Shown in pieces: positions 11,245 to 22,224 of a stretch of 64,000 bases of DNA. Position numbers and translations under genes: made by a program. The notes beneath the pieces were generated by a model. It made no database searches. It was given only the letters and a program-made list of their open reading frames with translations, and was not told the DNA's origin. Each line of letters opens with the position of its first letter. Within the stretch, counting starts at the first letter, position 1. Source of the stretch: Fistulifera solaris (Eukaryota); assembly GCA_030295235.1 (NCBI GenBank), contig AP026132.1, positions 186,001 to 250,000 of the forward strand. Direction: 5' to 3'.

Positions 11245-11353
11245 TTGAGAAAGGTCGCACGTAGGCTGGATTTTTTCTTTATTGAGAGCGGTCGCGCTCG
11301 CTGGCTTTTTCTTTATTGAGGTCGCGCTCGCTGACTTTTTTGTTTTATTGAGG
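11245..11353 (+). repeat. Three degenerate ~30-35-bp tandem repeats inside the transposon (GGTCGC..GCTG.(T)n..TTTATTGAG)
   Basis: Read directly from the sequence between ORF2 and ORF3. Confidence 0.75.
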
Positions 11354-11769
11354 ATTTGGCTATTTTGTAGGGTTGATTCATGAATCACCAGGACTGGAAC
11401 GCTCTAGCTTCGGATGATGATTCGTCGCACACGATAACGAAGCCGTTGAGCGACTGCTACTATAGTACTTCATGTACAACCGACGCTCGCTATGAAGCGA
11501 GGCGGCCTTTTCTCCGTCCAAACAAAAATGAACGTCTCGAACAAGAACGCAGTAATCCAAACCATCAAAACATGTGATCGCCTTTGTAGAGATCTTAAGC
11601 GATCCAACGATGACAAAATGGTCGCATGCAGCTTATAGCAAAAACATGAACAGAGTATTTCATTCGGAACAACAAGAGCAACGAGTCATGGGCGTGGGCC
11701 TCTGCGACCACAATTGTGTCATAAATTCGTCCTCGTGCATAAATTCATCCGTGTGCAAAATTCAAAAAC

Positions 11770-12210
11770 ATGGCAGACTTAGGAGACGAAATTCTTTTCA
11801 TCAACGGCAACTATAAAGGTCAGATGGGATGGTTGCACCCGCAAGGTCTTACAACGAAGTATAAGGCCTGGGTCATCGTGACGTTGAATGGCGTCCGTAC
11901 ACCTAAGCTAGTCGACAAGGGCAGCTTTATGTTGATGGACATTGAGATCGACGAAAACCTACCGCTTTATGAGGCGATTGTTTTCATGCGGTCCTACCCA
12001 GATGCGCTTGTCATGATGACCAAGATGTGCAAGTTCTTGGCGAAGTGCAATCTCGAACCCGAGCAAGTTCTTGTTATTGCGCAGTTCTTCAAAGAGCTGC
12101 TTGATGGTACCATTACGGAGTATCATGCGCGTCCTAACCCCCTTTCTATGCGAAACCGGCGAAGAAGAACAATGGGTCAAAAACGTAATCGTAGCACAAA
12201 CAGAAACTAA
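11770..12210 (+). CDS. Transposon accessory ORF3: 146-aa protein with KOW-like N-terminus and basic NLS-like tail
   Basis: GDEILFINGNYKGQMGWL fits the KOW pattern. Tail MRNRRRRTMGQKRNR. A-rich context before the ATG. Confidence 0.6.
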   Translation: MADLGDEILFINGNYKGQMGWLHPQGLTTKYKAWVIVTLNGVRTPKLVDKGSFMLMDIEIDENLPLYEAIVFMRSYPDALVMMTKMCKFLAKCNLEPEQVLVIAQFFKELLDGTITEYHARPNPLSMRNRRRRTMGQKRNRSTNRN

Positions 12211-12423
12211 AGCCAGACGGTGCGTTGTGCAACAGATTTTAAAGCCAGACGGCTCGACGTGCAACATGAAAATAGGGCACAAACTTAAATTAGGAATGAC
12301 AACAGATAATCAAATATTGAAATCCTTTTACTATGTATTAACGGTGCGTTAGAATAGCACATCAAACGTATTTATGGTGCAATTAAATAGCACATCGATC
12401 AATGGAAGGCACAGAGGTCTTCT

Positions 12424-13740
12424 TTAAAACCAGCTTTTGTCATTCTGCTTTTCACGTGCTTCATTATCATCCAAATCATCATCACTAAGTTGAGCAGCGA
12501 GAGATGCGACTTTCCTATCCTTTTCGAGCTTCCTACCGCCCGTCCTTCAAAGCGATCTTCCATGTGATAACAGCAGCATACTGGGTTCGACGTGGGACGT
12601 TGCGTGGATCATCTTCGGAATCTTAACCAACGACATTTCCCCTTTCACATTTGTGTAGTCCTCAGAAAAGATGAGATTCTGAAAATCCATACTAGAGTCT
12701 GGCATGATGATAAACCAATAATTGAACATCCGTTTGGATGAACGAAGCAAGTTCTCTTGAGCCTTCTGCACTTCCTTATCGACGCACTGTTTCGCGAAAG
12801 AGATCTTCTTCGCGCATGACAAACTCATTTGCAGGTCCCTTGACCAAAAGAGAATGATCGCGGAACTGGAGAAGATGATGAGGCAAGTTTAGCTCCTTAG
12901 CAATAAAGACCTTCCACAGGCCCAGCTCAGCATCTTGAGGATCAGATTGCCGGTTCATAACAACCACGCGGTGTTTCATGCGCCTTTCCTTATCATTCAT
13001 ACCGTCATCCAGGTAGATATTGAAATCACGGTTCGATCCTTTCTCCTTGTTGAAGTTGGCAAAATGGACGTCACGGATACTTCCTCGATCCATTTCCTAC
13101 AAATATCAAATGATCGTCAAGAGTCATTCTGCCCATCAGCGAGGCAAGGAAACTGGGTGAATCAGGGACCTTCTTGTGATCAACGGGAGTCATTCTCTCC
13201 ATCAGTGGGGAAAGGATACTGGATAAATCAGGAGCCTTCTTGCGGTCGACGGAATTTGGGGCTTGCTTCCGGCCTGGTGTCGTATTGAATGGCTTGAATT
13301 GGTTAGGGGATCCAAATGCATCATAAATGTTTGAATCCAAGCCCTCCTCCTTGTCGCCGTCGCCGTCGCCGTCGCTCTCCTTCTTCTTCTTCGTCCTCCT
13401 CCTCAAATGAGTCTTCTTCTTCATGATCATCTTGCACCGACTTCTTCTTAGTGCCCTTGGGAGGCGTCGAAAATCTAGTGTTCTTCATGGTGTTCCACTC
13501 AACACACGCCAATCGAGAAGCGCGGCTTGGTTCGATGTTGTTTTCTTCGAGGTGGATGATCCAAGAAACTGGGTTTTTGGCCTTCAACTGATGTAATCGT
13601 TTTGAAGTTGCGCGTTTGATTGCTTTCGTAGGGTATCCAGCTTTATTGATAAGTAGTAGATCTTTTAGAAGAACTGAGGATCTTTGAAGATTTGAGCGTT
13701 CCAAATCCTGCAGTATTTGCCTTTCGAGTGCAGGGTTCAT
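12424..13740 (-). CDS. Transposon accessory ORF4 (about 430 aa; about 5 frameshifts, either pseudogene or sequencing errors)
   Basis: Overlapping minus-strand ORFs 13770-13321, 13430-13071, 13093-12776 and 12828-12547, plus a final frame ending ...NDKSWF*, tile one protein-like sequence: basic N-domain, acidic linker, globular C-domain. Confidence 0.55.
13111..13250. repeat. 66-bp tandem duplication (22-aa repeat) within ORF4
   Basis: Units start at 13111 and 13177: VDRKKAPDLSSILSPLMERMTP and VDHKKVPDSPSFLASLMGRMTL. Confidence 0.8.
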
Positions 13741-14004
13741 TTTGTGGTGCAAATGAAAACGCAACACCAAGCATTTTTGTGGTTGAGTTGTTGCAAATGA
13801 GCTCCGTAAAACCTCACACGATTGATTCGCTGGTAGGAACTAACGCCGTTGTTGCATTGCCACTCTTATCATTATAAACAATGTGAAGGGAACGTTATTC
13901 CGATTTGAAGACAACGAAAACGGCAGTACATAAGTAGATTATTAAGCGCGAACGGCGTCGTTTGTTGTCTTTTTGTTTGCTCGTCTCGCCTCCAGCCCCC
14001 CCCC

Positions 14005-14073
14005 GCGACACAGCGACCGCATTGCGACACGATTGCGACGAGGGCGACATGCTGCGACCCAGCGACCAGCGAC
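14005..14073. repeat. Right subterminal GCGAC array
   Basis: GCGAC at 14005, 14013, 14024, 14035, 14044, 14054, 14062 and 14069. Confidence 0.85.
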
Positions 14074-14077
14074 GACT

Positions 14078-14324
14078 TCGAACGTCTTGGCGAAGTGGTA
14101 CAAGTTTAGCGAAGACGCGACCAAATAAGGTGGTTCAGAAATAGAAACTCAGTTCAGAAAGCTTGAGTTGTGATCAACCTCCAGTGAGTACCGCTTTCTG
14201 ACTTATTCCATATACAATAAACCTTCATGTCTATTACTAAAACGTGTTAACCAGAAAGAGTTCTAGACCTTTCTGATTTCTGAACAGTCGCCGTACGCAC
14301 CACCGCGAATTTTTGCAGGTATCC
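14078..14324 (-). repeat. Right TIR of the Harbinger-like element
   Basis: Reverse complement of 8757-9010. Confidence 0.92.
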
Positions 14325-14719
14325 CAGGTGTATAGTGAGCTATGGAGCACGAGGAAATTTGAGTTTTTTAGAAGAAATAAGGAATGATACAACAGAAGGG
14401 CACAGATTGAATACAAAGGTTTCAATACATGACTAGCAATTCTCAATAATCCATCTGTCCTATTTGTGGTCCTCCATCTATACTGCTTACGGGGGGAAGA
14501 TAGGGTGACCTATACGCGCTAATAATGGAATTTCCGCAATGTGTTTAAAGTAAAAGTGAACGGTCCGCAAGCAACTTTAATGTTAATTAATGACGCATGA
14601 AATGTTATATCATGGAATTCAGCATTTTTAAACATCAAACAAAACGCACTTAATAATGCAAGAACGGCTAAGTACGGAGTAGTCGTTAACTCATTTTTAA
14701 ACGCCGAACTGGAGCTACG

Positions 14720-16111
14720 TTAAGAACATACTTCTTGATGCCTTTGCCAATCTAACCGTTGACAGTCAACTGAGCAGTACGTGGCTTTTCGGCACCGAGA
14801 ACACTTCTTCATCCTCGTATACGGGAATTTCTTTTGACAGGTATCACATTGCACTTTCTTAACCTTCTTCTCCCTTCGTTCCTCTCTATCGGCCTGTCGC
14901 TGAAGACAAATCTCTCGATGTCCTTCTTTTGCGGCCTCCAAACATGTTTTGCTGCAATAGTATTCTCCGTTGCATTCTCTACATTTTACCACTAATCGTA
15001 CCATTTCGCCTGTTTCTGGATCCGGTGACCCGTGAACCCTTCCGCAACCATTGCCACAGGGCTTGCCCATACGTTCTTTGAGTCTTGGTTCCGCATGCGA
15101 CTGACTGTTGGCTGCCTCCGTAGGATCAGCATGCATACTTCGTGACAAAACTATGCGATAATCATTCTGCAACGCCTCCCAAGCACCCGAATGCTCCCAC
15201 AGATTATACAATGTCCACGCATCCAGTATGTCATCCACGTGGGGGTGCGTTTCCGGTCGTGGTGGCCCGTCTTCCAAAAACGACGCTGATCCTGCCTCGG
15301 ATAGAACATCACTGGCTGGTAGTGTAAAGCACAATTTGGATTTGGCATCCGCGGTGTCCTCTTTGCCCGTTTCGCCCTTGCCTCCGGGCTTTATTGTCAA
15401 GGTCAATCCTTCCAACAAGTCTTCCATACAATCTAAACATGTTAAACGACAAATAGTCCGCGTTCCCAAAGTCATTTGCGATCCTTTCATTACTGTAATC
15501 TGCAGCAGAGGATAAAACACCATCCAGTACTCGTGGTCTTTTCGATCACCAACCCTCGGTATGGGGCCCTTGTTACCGCATACGGGACAAAGAAGCAGAG
15601 ACGCAACGTCCGGCCAGTCAAAATTACCATTGGGGGCAATTTCCATTTCCTCCGCTTGCTCTTTCGTCCGCATCATGACGAGAAAGTCTTGGTAATTTTC
15701 GGGAGTGAAAACGCACCGGCCCCCCACCGTCATGGTCACAGGCATTGTCTTTTGGGGACCGTCTATAATCGGCTCTAGTTGAAATATAGTTGCTCCTTTG
15801 AAATCTACTTCAAATGAAGTTGTATTGCTGTCATCGTTCGGCTGCGGCGGCGAAGAAGCGGGGTTGTGATTGAGCCCTTTATCTTGATAAATCATGACTC
15901 TTTGCTCTGGAAGCGCCTTTATTCGCGCATCATAGTCTGCTTCGTCTTGTATTAATAAAGAGCATTTGGCTTCCAGCATACCCGGTGTCTCTAAACCGGA
16001 CCATCGAGTGTTGTTGTTATTATTTATGTTGTTCATCGTGTCATTATTCGAAGGCTCTTCGGGGACGTTATTATTTGTTCTGCTGTCCATAATGGAAGGC
16101 TCTCCGGTCAT
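14720..16111 (-). CDS. MYND-type zinc-finger protein
   Basis: C-terminal CDTC..CSRCRKATYCSVDCQRLDWQRHQEVC and an upstream degenerate copy (CGNGC..CRECNGEYYCSKTC..H...C). Confidence 0.8.
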   Translation of the reverse strand: MTGEPSIMDSRTNNNVPEEPSNNDTMNNINNNNNTRWSGLETPGMLEAKCSLLIQDEADYDARIKALPEQRVMIYQDKGLNHNPASSPPQPNDDSNTTSFEVDFKGATIFQLEPIIDGPQKTMPVTMTVGGRCVFTPENYQDFLVMMRTKEQAEEMEIAPNGNFDWPDVASLLLCPVCGNKGPIPRVGDRKDHEYWMVFYPLLQITVMKGSQMTLGTRTICRLTCLDCMEDLLEGLTLTIKPGGKGETGKEDTADAKSKLCFTLPASDVLSEAGSASFLEDGPPRPETHPHVDDILDAWTLYNLWEHSGAWEALQNDYRIVLSRSMHADPTEAANSQSHAEPRLKERMGKPCGNGCGRVHGSPDPETGEMVRLVVKCRECNGEYYCSKTCLEAAKEGHREICLQRQADREERREKKVKKVQCDTCQKKFPYTRMKKCSRCRKATYCSVDCQRLDWQRHQEVCS

Positions 16112-17127
16112 TCTATGCTCTTTCTAATCGGAAAATTGACAGAAACAAAAATGAATCCGTCTCTTATGATTGAAGGCTACAAACTCTCCTCTGAAAGACC
16201 CCAAATACGACGGAGATTCACGCAGTACACCTCACCGCGTTGGCTTTTGCGATCAGTAGCTCCGTTCTCGAAAGCCCAAAAGAATACGCCAGATATTTAC
16301 TTCAGGCGCGGATGTATCCGTTCTTGTCGTCTCTTATGAATTAATAAATTCACCAAGCACATGAATTTGGAAAAAAAAATAGGAAGGCTGCCTCTCTCCT
16401 ACAAACAAACAGCGTTTCATCGCTGCGAGCAGCCATAACATCGGACGGGCTTTGATGGACAACGGACGAGGGAAGGAAGGTCTTTCCGGCATACGACATA
16501 CGACCCGTTTTGCGGAGAATGTATACGATCCTACTGTAGTCCCACCTGTTTTCGCGTTAGAGAACAACGGAATAACCTACAGTATTTTGTCTCAGAGAAA
16601 TAGTGGCATTTCCTAACTGGTACCGGTACTCATACCTGGGGTCATTTCTTCCACTTATTTGTATAATCTACAAAAAGCCTGACCGAGGCCTAACAGCCTA
16701 ACATTCACTGTGATGTACTAAATTTTACGTCTTTTTAGTACCGTTTGCGTACAGAGTGCTCCGTAGTGGTCGAACCGTGATACGGTGGGCCCATGTCGTG
16801 TGTCTTGTGTGTCACTTCGGTCATCGTCTGCGCGAGCACTTTTCGCCTTCCACAGGCGGATGACGACGACCATGGACCATGGCGACGAGATGACCGGCAT
16901 TAGGCGCGAACTACGCGACAAAACAATTAATTAATGTTTGCAAAATAATTGTGTATGCAAGGTGATTGTATAGCGTTATATCCTGAAAAGACGTGGCGAC
17001 AAGGGCTATGCAGAAGAAAGCTACCCCGTTGTTTTTTTTTTTTTTGACGTTGTTGAGATCGAGGCAATAAATAAACCAAACAAATGAAGGGAACATGCAG
17101 CCAGCATCGAGTTCGTAGATCACGGGC

Positions 17128-17889
17128 CTATTTCAACGCAGTAATAGCCGGCTGATATTTTTTCCAGGCATCGCAGACGACTGGTTCACCGTGACACGGA
17201 AGAACGTGGTCAAACTTCCAGTTGAGCAAATCCACAATTTCTTTCTTATCAGGTTTCGAGTAGGCATACCAGAATGGTCCAATATTGTATGGCTTTATGA
17301 AACCCATCCATTCCAAGATTATGTTGCTGAAGAAGCCTGTATACTCGTCTCCCTTCGAGATGTGCTGAAACGCATCCCCGGTTACCATGACCTTTCCCTC
17401 AGCACGGTCGAGAATGATAAATGCTTCGCGAATCGTTCCGCTTTCAATGACGAGAGTGTGGGCATTATCGAAGGGAAGCTTGCTGTCTTTCGTAAAGCAT
17501 TCGTCGGCATCAAAGTAGGGTTTGTTTGTTTCATTAAAATCTTCGAAATAGGGAGCGTTCGCTGGAGTCCAGACCGTCGCACCATACCTTTCCTTGTAAA
17601 AAGGATCATCGATTCCATGATATCCTGCCAAGCGAATGATATGCTTAACCTTTCCCAGCTTATCCAGTTCTTCCAACCCCTTGTCCGTGAGACGGATTGA
17701 GTTCACAAGACAAAGTTCATTGTCTCCGTAGCGGATGATCGTCATGTTGCGACTCATTGTCATGTTGATCAAGGGCATGAAAATAGCACAGAAGCATACA
17801 GAACCCTTCACGACAAAAATGTCCTTGAAAACTTCTTTGATCTCTCCATGAGGGAAAGCAGCGGGATGATCTCGCCTGTGCTTTGTCAT
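17128..17889 (-). CDS. Metallo-beta-lactamase-fold / DUF4336-like protein, intronless
   Basis: Motifs SRNMTIIR, GKVKHIIRLAGYHGIDD, VTGDAFQ and FDHVLPCHGEP. Confidence 0.6.
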   Translation of the reverse strand: MTKHRRDHPAAFPHGEIKEVFKDIFVVKGSVCFCAIFMPLINMTMSRNMTIIRYGDNELCLVNSIRLTDKGLEELDKLGKVKHIIRLAGYHGIDDPFYKERYGATVWTPANAPYFEDFNETNKPYFDADECFTKDSKLPFDNAHTLVIESGTIREAFIILDRAEGKVMVTGDAFQHISKGDEYTGFFSNIILEWMGFIKPYNIGPFWYAYSKPDKKEIVDLLNWKFDHVLPCHGEPVVCDAWKKYQPAITALK

Positions 17890-18348
17890 TTCTTGTATGA
17901 TTTGTTTGGCACGCTTTTCGAAATTCTGAGTGAACGAAAACGCGAGACAAAAATGAGGGGTCCCATCTTTGAGCACTCTTACGTGGAGCAAAGTTCGGAT
18001 TTGACTATTTTAATCAAGATCTCGTCACTCTTTGTCATTGTTTATGACGCGATCTTGAAAATCAGGAGTTCTCAATTCAAATCACAAGCAGTATAAACCC
18101 GAACAGCGAGACTCAACAAGTTCAATTCATACATTTTTCATGCTCTTGCATCTAGTAACAAAAGCGACAGTGTGTAGTTCTCATTGAGTGAGCAAAGTTG
18201 TAGCAACATCGCAAGTCGTTAGTTGTGCGGTTACGATAGGTCACTTTAGGGATCACTGAGATCGCGATATGCGCATTGGGAAAAAGTAGCCAAGGCGTAA
18301 AAAAACTAAAAGACCACACTTCCTAGATAAATTTATATTATCATATTC

Positions 18349-20463
18349 TTAATCAATCTTGATCGAAGCGAAAATCGTCTGATTGAACCATAAAGACGTC
18401 AGTACACCAATGCAACCCATCATCATAAACAAGCCAGTCGATACGAGTCCCATGTAACCAAAATAAAGCATGTACGTCGCCAGCGTGTTCGCTTCGAGCT
18501 GCTTGAAGTAAATGATGGAATACATGAATACATAGATGGCCGTCGATCCCGCGTTGCTAAACGAGCGCCACCACCAGTGATAGTCCTCACTGCACAGCTG
18601 GAAGTACGTGAACAGAACCGTAATTTCCGCACAGGTAATGACAAGGATAAAGAATACCAGCAAAAGGAATCCAAAGACGTAGTAATAGTAGTCCATCCAC
18701 ACGGACGCCAAAATGTAGTAGAGCTCAACAAAGCAAGATCCAAAGGGAAGAATACCTCCAATACCGAGTGTGAAGGGAAGACCCATGAACCACGGCTGGT
18801 CCGGGATCTGTCGAGGAATGCTGCTCGTGTTGACAGGGAACGCGATCGGATCTTGCTTGTAACCAAAGTAAGCGCCCAAGAATACCAAAGGAGTAGAAAT
18901 ACCGAACCAGAGGACAATCAAAATGAGCATGGTAGTGAAAGGAACGGCATCCGTGGACTTCTCGTGGAGAGCGAGAGCATTCATGATAAGAAACAACGAA
19001 AACGCCAATCCCGGAAACCCAACGCCGTTGCCGTCGTGGCACGCTGCCAATGCTTTCCTTTAAACGTCTTGTACAATTTGGCCGTCACGTAGCCATTGAC
19101 ACCGCCGAGCAACACAAACAGGAACAGCTGCACCATGATCAAATGTCCTCGGCGCGCCGGGCTCATGAAACCCAACGCCGCAAATACAATCACCAACAAC
19201 GACATGCACAGCAATTGCGCTCCCGTACCGCAGAACACCGACATGAGCATGGGGTAATTCGGTGGTCGAAAGACATCGGCATGCACCAGCTTCCAGCCGT
19301 ATTCTTCCAGTTCCTCGGCGCGCGATTCTTCATCTTGCGCGACTTTGTTGTATCGATTGATATCGCGGTGCAAATTTCGCACCAAAATCGCCGCAATCAT
19401 GGCGGAGAGGACAAAGACGATGATCATACTGTTGGCGATACTCAACCAGTGGACCTTGGCCGGAACGGCGCCGTCCATGGTCAAATAGACATCCCAACGC
19501 GAGGCCCAATGAAGGTCCTTGTTCTCCGTCCAGATAACATCGTACGTAAAAAGAGCGGGCCCCGACGCGAGCTGACCTTCGCGGCCCGACTCGGTCACCA
19601 TGTCATAGGTGGTGTGCGACTTGGAGTTGCGCGCGCACGAACGGATGGGGTTCTTCATTTTCGCAATGGCGGGTAAATAGTGCTCATCTTCCACATCCAC
19701 ATCCAGAGTCTCTTCAAAGTCATGCTTGATACTGAAGGGTTCCACCAAAAACTGCACCACGCGGTATTTTCCCGGATCGCCTTCGACTTCATGATAAACG
19801 ACCTCAATGTTGACATGATTGTGCACGTACGCCTTGTTGTTGTCCTGCGCGACGTAACCAATCGGGAACCCTTGCCAGTACCGCGTCGTAATGTGCTCGT
19901 CGTCCTCGACCTTGCTGGCGGCGGGCAAGTTATCGACAATCCAGTTGTTGTGATAATTCAAATGAATCGCCTTGGCCAACTTGGAGGGAGCGGTACCCTT
20001 TTGTTCGGCCCGACCCAAATTCGCGATGCAAACTTGTTCGCAATACATATCAGTCTTCATCTTGAGAAGGTACGGAGAATTCTCGATCCGGTCACCCGAC
20101 AAGAATTCACCCAAGTTTTCGTTCATGCGCTTGATTCCTTCCTGCGGTTGACAAAAGGAAAGACTGTAGTACTCGACGGGATAAAGTGTCTTGGTCGAAG
20201 TGACTTTGTTGACTTTTAATTCAACGCTGTAAAGTAATAATGTAGATTAGATGAGAAAAAGATGTAAATATAGAACGACGCATAGCACAGCGCAGCAACG
20301 AAGATTGCTTCGCAACGGTCATCCTGTCGTGCTTGACTTACGCGTCTCCCTTCGAAAACGAGCGGGGACTGGTCCCCGGAATGTAATAAGCATAATGAAG
20401 CGGCAGCAACAAGGCCGCTACCGCCGCCCGCATCCAACGGTTCATACCGTCCCCCATGGTCAT
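18349..20463 (-). CDS. TM9SF: Transmembrane 9 superfamily (EMP70/nonaspanin) protein; intron 20227-20341; frameshifts near 20135 and 19025
   Basis: Motifs YYIPG, ENLGEFLSGDRIENSPY, WASRWDVY, GWKLVHADVFRPP, EDYHWWWRSF and C-terminal IKID. Confidence 0.92.
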
Positions 20464-21153
20464 GGCTCTTATTATGACGGTTGCAACCATGTTCCCACAT
20501 CGCAGCGCTCGGAGAAAAACCCCAGGCACGCAGCGCATTCGCAGATCGTCGAGGCAGTCACGAAAAAACCAAGGACATATCATTTGTACCGCAAATATTG
20601 TACTCGTGTCCCGAACGACTAAGTGCGGTACCGGTACCGGTACTCATAAAACACCCCCGACTACTTCATTCCCTATATTCCCTATAGTCTCGTAATTATT
20701 ACTCTTTCATCGTCGTCTTACCGCCACTCCGCAATTTTTAGTCTTGTAAGCAGCCGACGAAGGCGGAAGAATCATCACAAACGAGTAAGGATAGGGATAG
20801 AAGCTGCAAAAGCGGACCAGCTAAGGCTGCCAATGCAAGGCGATGGGCAAATGAACCTATGATTTGGTGGCATTACCAAAGATCTTTTAACGACTTACTG
20901 AAATCAAACGTAGACTAGATTGCTGAACTGTTACAGATTTTGTTGCGGCTTACCTAAGAAGTGGATCATTAGAGTCGCCGCATTTTGATTCACAAAATAA
21001 GTATCACGAATGTTTAGACGGCCTTCGTAGTCTTAATTCGATCCTTTCCCTAAGAAAGCTAGAAAAAAAGTAAATATCAGACAAAGACATTACATCTTTA
21101 CTTTCACACTCCCCGGTCCCATTCATAATTTCTTTCTCCACAGAATTCTGCTT

Positions 21154-22224
21154 TCATTTCTTGAAGGCGGTCCATGCTTTCGCTTCATCGCCTCCGCAAT
21201 CCGCGAGCGCTTTCAAGAACCGTTTCACTTCATTCAGTGATCGAAGCCGTTTTTGGAGCACGGGAGTATACCAGTACGCATCCAGCGTCCCCTTGGTCTG
21301 TCCACTTTGTCGTTCAAACTTTTTCTTGGTCCATCCCGCGGGCCATACGAGGTCGTCTCCCAATTTGTCGTCCGGGACGCCGCTCCATACTTCGGGTGAC
21401 GGGCCCTTGGCGGCGGGTTTGGCTGCAGGTTTGGCGGCGGTTTTTCGGGCTTTGGTGGGCGTCACTGTGGTGGCAACCGGTTTGGCGGCGGGCTTGGCGG
21501 CGGTGGGTTTCGGAGCGGGCTTTGCTGCTGCGGGCTTGGATGGAGCAGGCTTTGCCGCGGGCTTGGCGTCATCCAGTTTCGGTCGCTTGTCCGCTGGTGT
21601 TAACACCGATTTGGCGGCCAATCGACGTCGGCGTTGTCCATCGAATGCGTCGTCCCGTGGAGTAATTTCTGGCAATATTTCGCCGACTACGAAAAAATCA
21701 GCTGTCGCTGTATTCGATTTCTGTACTTCCAGTTGTTTCGGTGCTTCGGGCTGTTTCGGTGCTTCCGGTTCTTTTGGTTTCAGTGCTTCGGCTGGTTCCG
21801 GTTCCGTCTCGGGTTTCGGAGGTGGTTTCGTCGGCATCTCAATCATCTTTTTGGTGGGATCTCCTTTGATCCACTTATTGATTTGACTTTGCGTTTTATT
21901 CTCTACCACGGCAATGCGAGATTCTCGTAAAATCGATTTGGGTGCCGCGGCTGTTTTGTGTGTGTCAATATTCGTCGTAGTCTCCGCAACCTCTCCGTTC
22001 GTCGTCTCCCCGTTCGTATTCACTGGGGCCGTATCCTTGGGTACATCCGCATTCGTAGTAGGAGCAGCAGCGATGGCAGTAGAGACTTCGGGGATAGCAG
22101 ATGCTTCCGGGGCAACCGCTGGAGCCGTTGGGATCTCGCCGCCATTGGCGGAAGGCGGAGCTTTCGTCGTCGTCGTTTCTGCGGGTAATGATGATCCCGC
22201 GGCTGGGCCTTCGGGGTTCTCCAT
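21154..22224 (-). CDS. Methyl-CpG-binding domain (MBD) protein with long Pro/Ala/Lys-rich disordered N-terminus
   Basis: C-terminal WPAGWTKKKFERQSGQTKGTLDAYWYTPVLQKRLRSLNEVKRFL matches the MBD consensus. Confidence 0.75.
   Translation of the reverse strand: MENPEGPAAGSSLPAETTTTKAPPSANGGEIPTAPAVAPEASAIPEVSTAIAAAPTTNADVPKDTAPVNTNGETTNGEVAETTTNIDTHKTAAAPKSILRESRIAVVENKTQSQINKWIKGDPTKKMIEMPTKPPPKPETEPEPAEALKPKEPEAPKQPEAPKQLEVQKSNTATADFFVVGEILPEITPRDDAFDGQRRRRLAAKSVLTPADKRPKLDDAKPAAKPAPSKPAAAKPAPKPTAAKPAAKPVATTVTPTKARKTAAKPAAKPAAKGPSPEVWSGVPDDKLGDDLVWPAGWTKKKFERQSGQTKGTLDAYWYTPVLQKRLRSLNEVKRFLKALADCGGDEAKAWTAFKK

Larger units (their letters stand above)
8757..14324. mobile_element. Full-length PIF/Harbinger-superfamily DNA transposon carrying four ORFs
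   Basis: Termini GGATACCTGC...GCAGGTATCC. CAG direct repeats at 8754-8756 and 14325-14327. Imperfect TIRs of ~250 bp. Internal DDE_Tnp_4-type transposase. Confidence 0.92.

Noticed and set aside
10435..13740. Accessory ORFs as a Fanzor/TnpB RNA-guided nuclease
   Set aside because: No RuvC motifs or CxxC zinc finger are visible in ORF2-4.
16532..16584. TACTGTAG...CTACAGTA inverted pair as a mini-MITE
   Set aside because: Arms of only 8 bp are compatible with chance.
18577..21886. Long antisense/overlapping ORFs in the track (e.g. 19050-19676, 21161-21886)
   Set aside because: Shadow ORFs of codon-biased real genes on the opposite strand, with no motifs.
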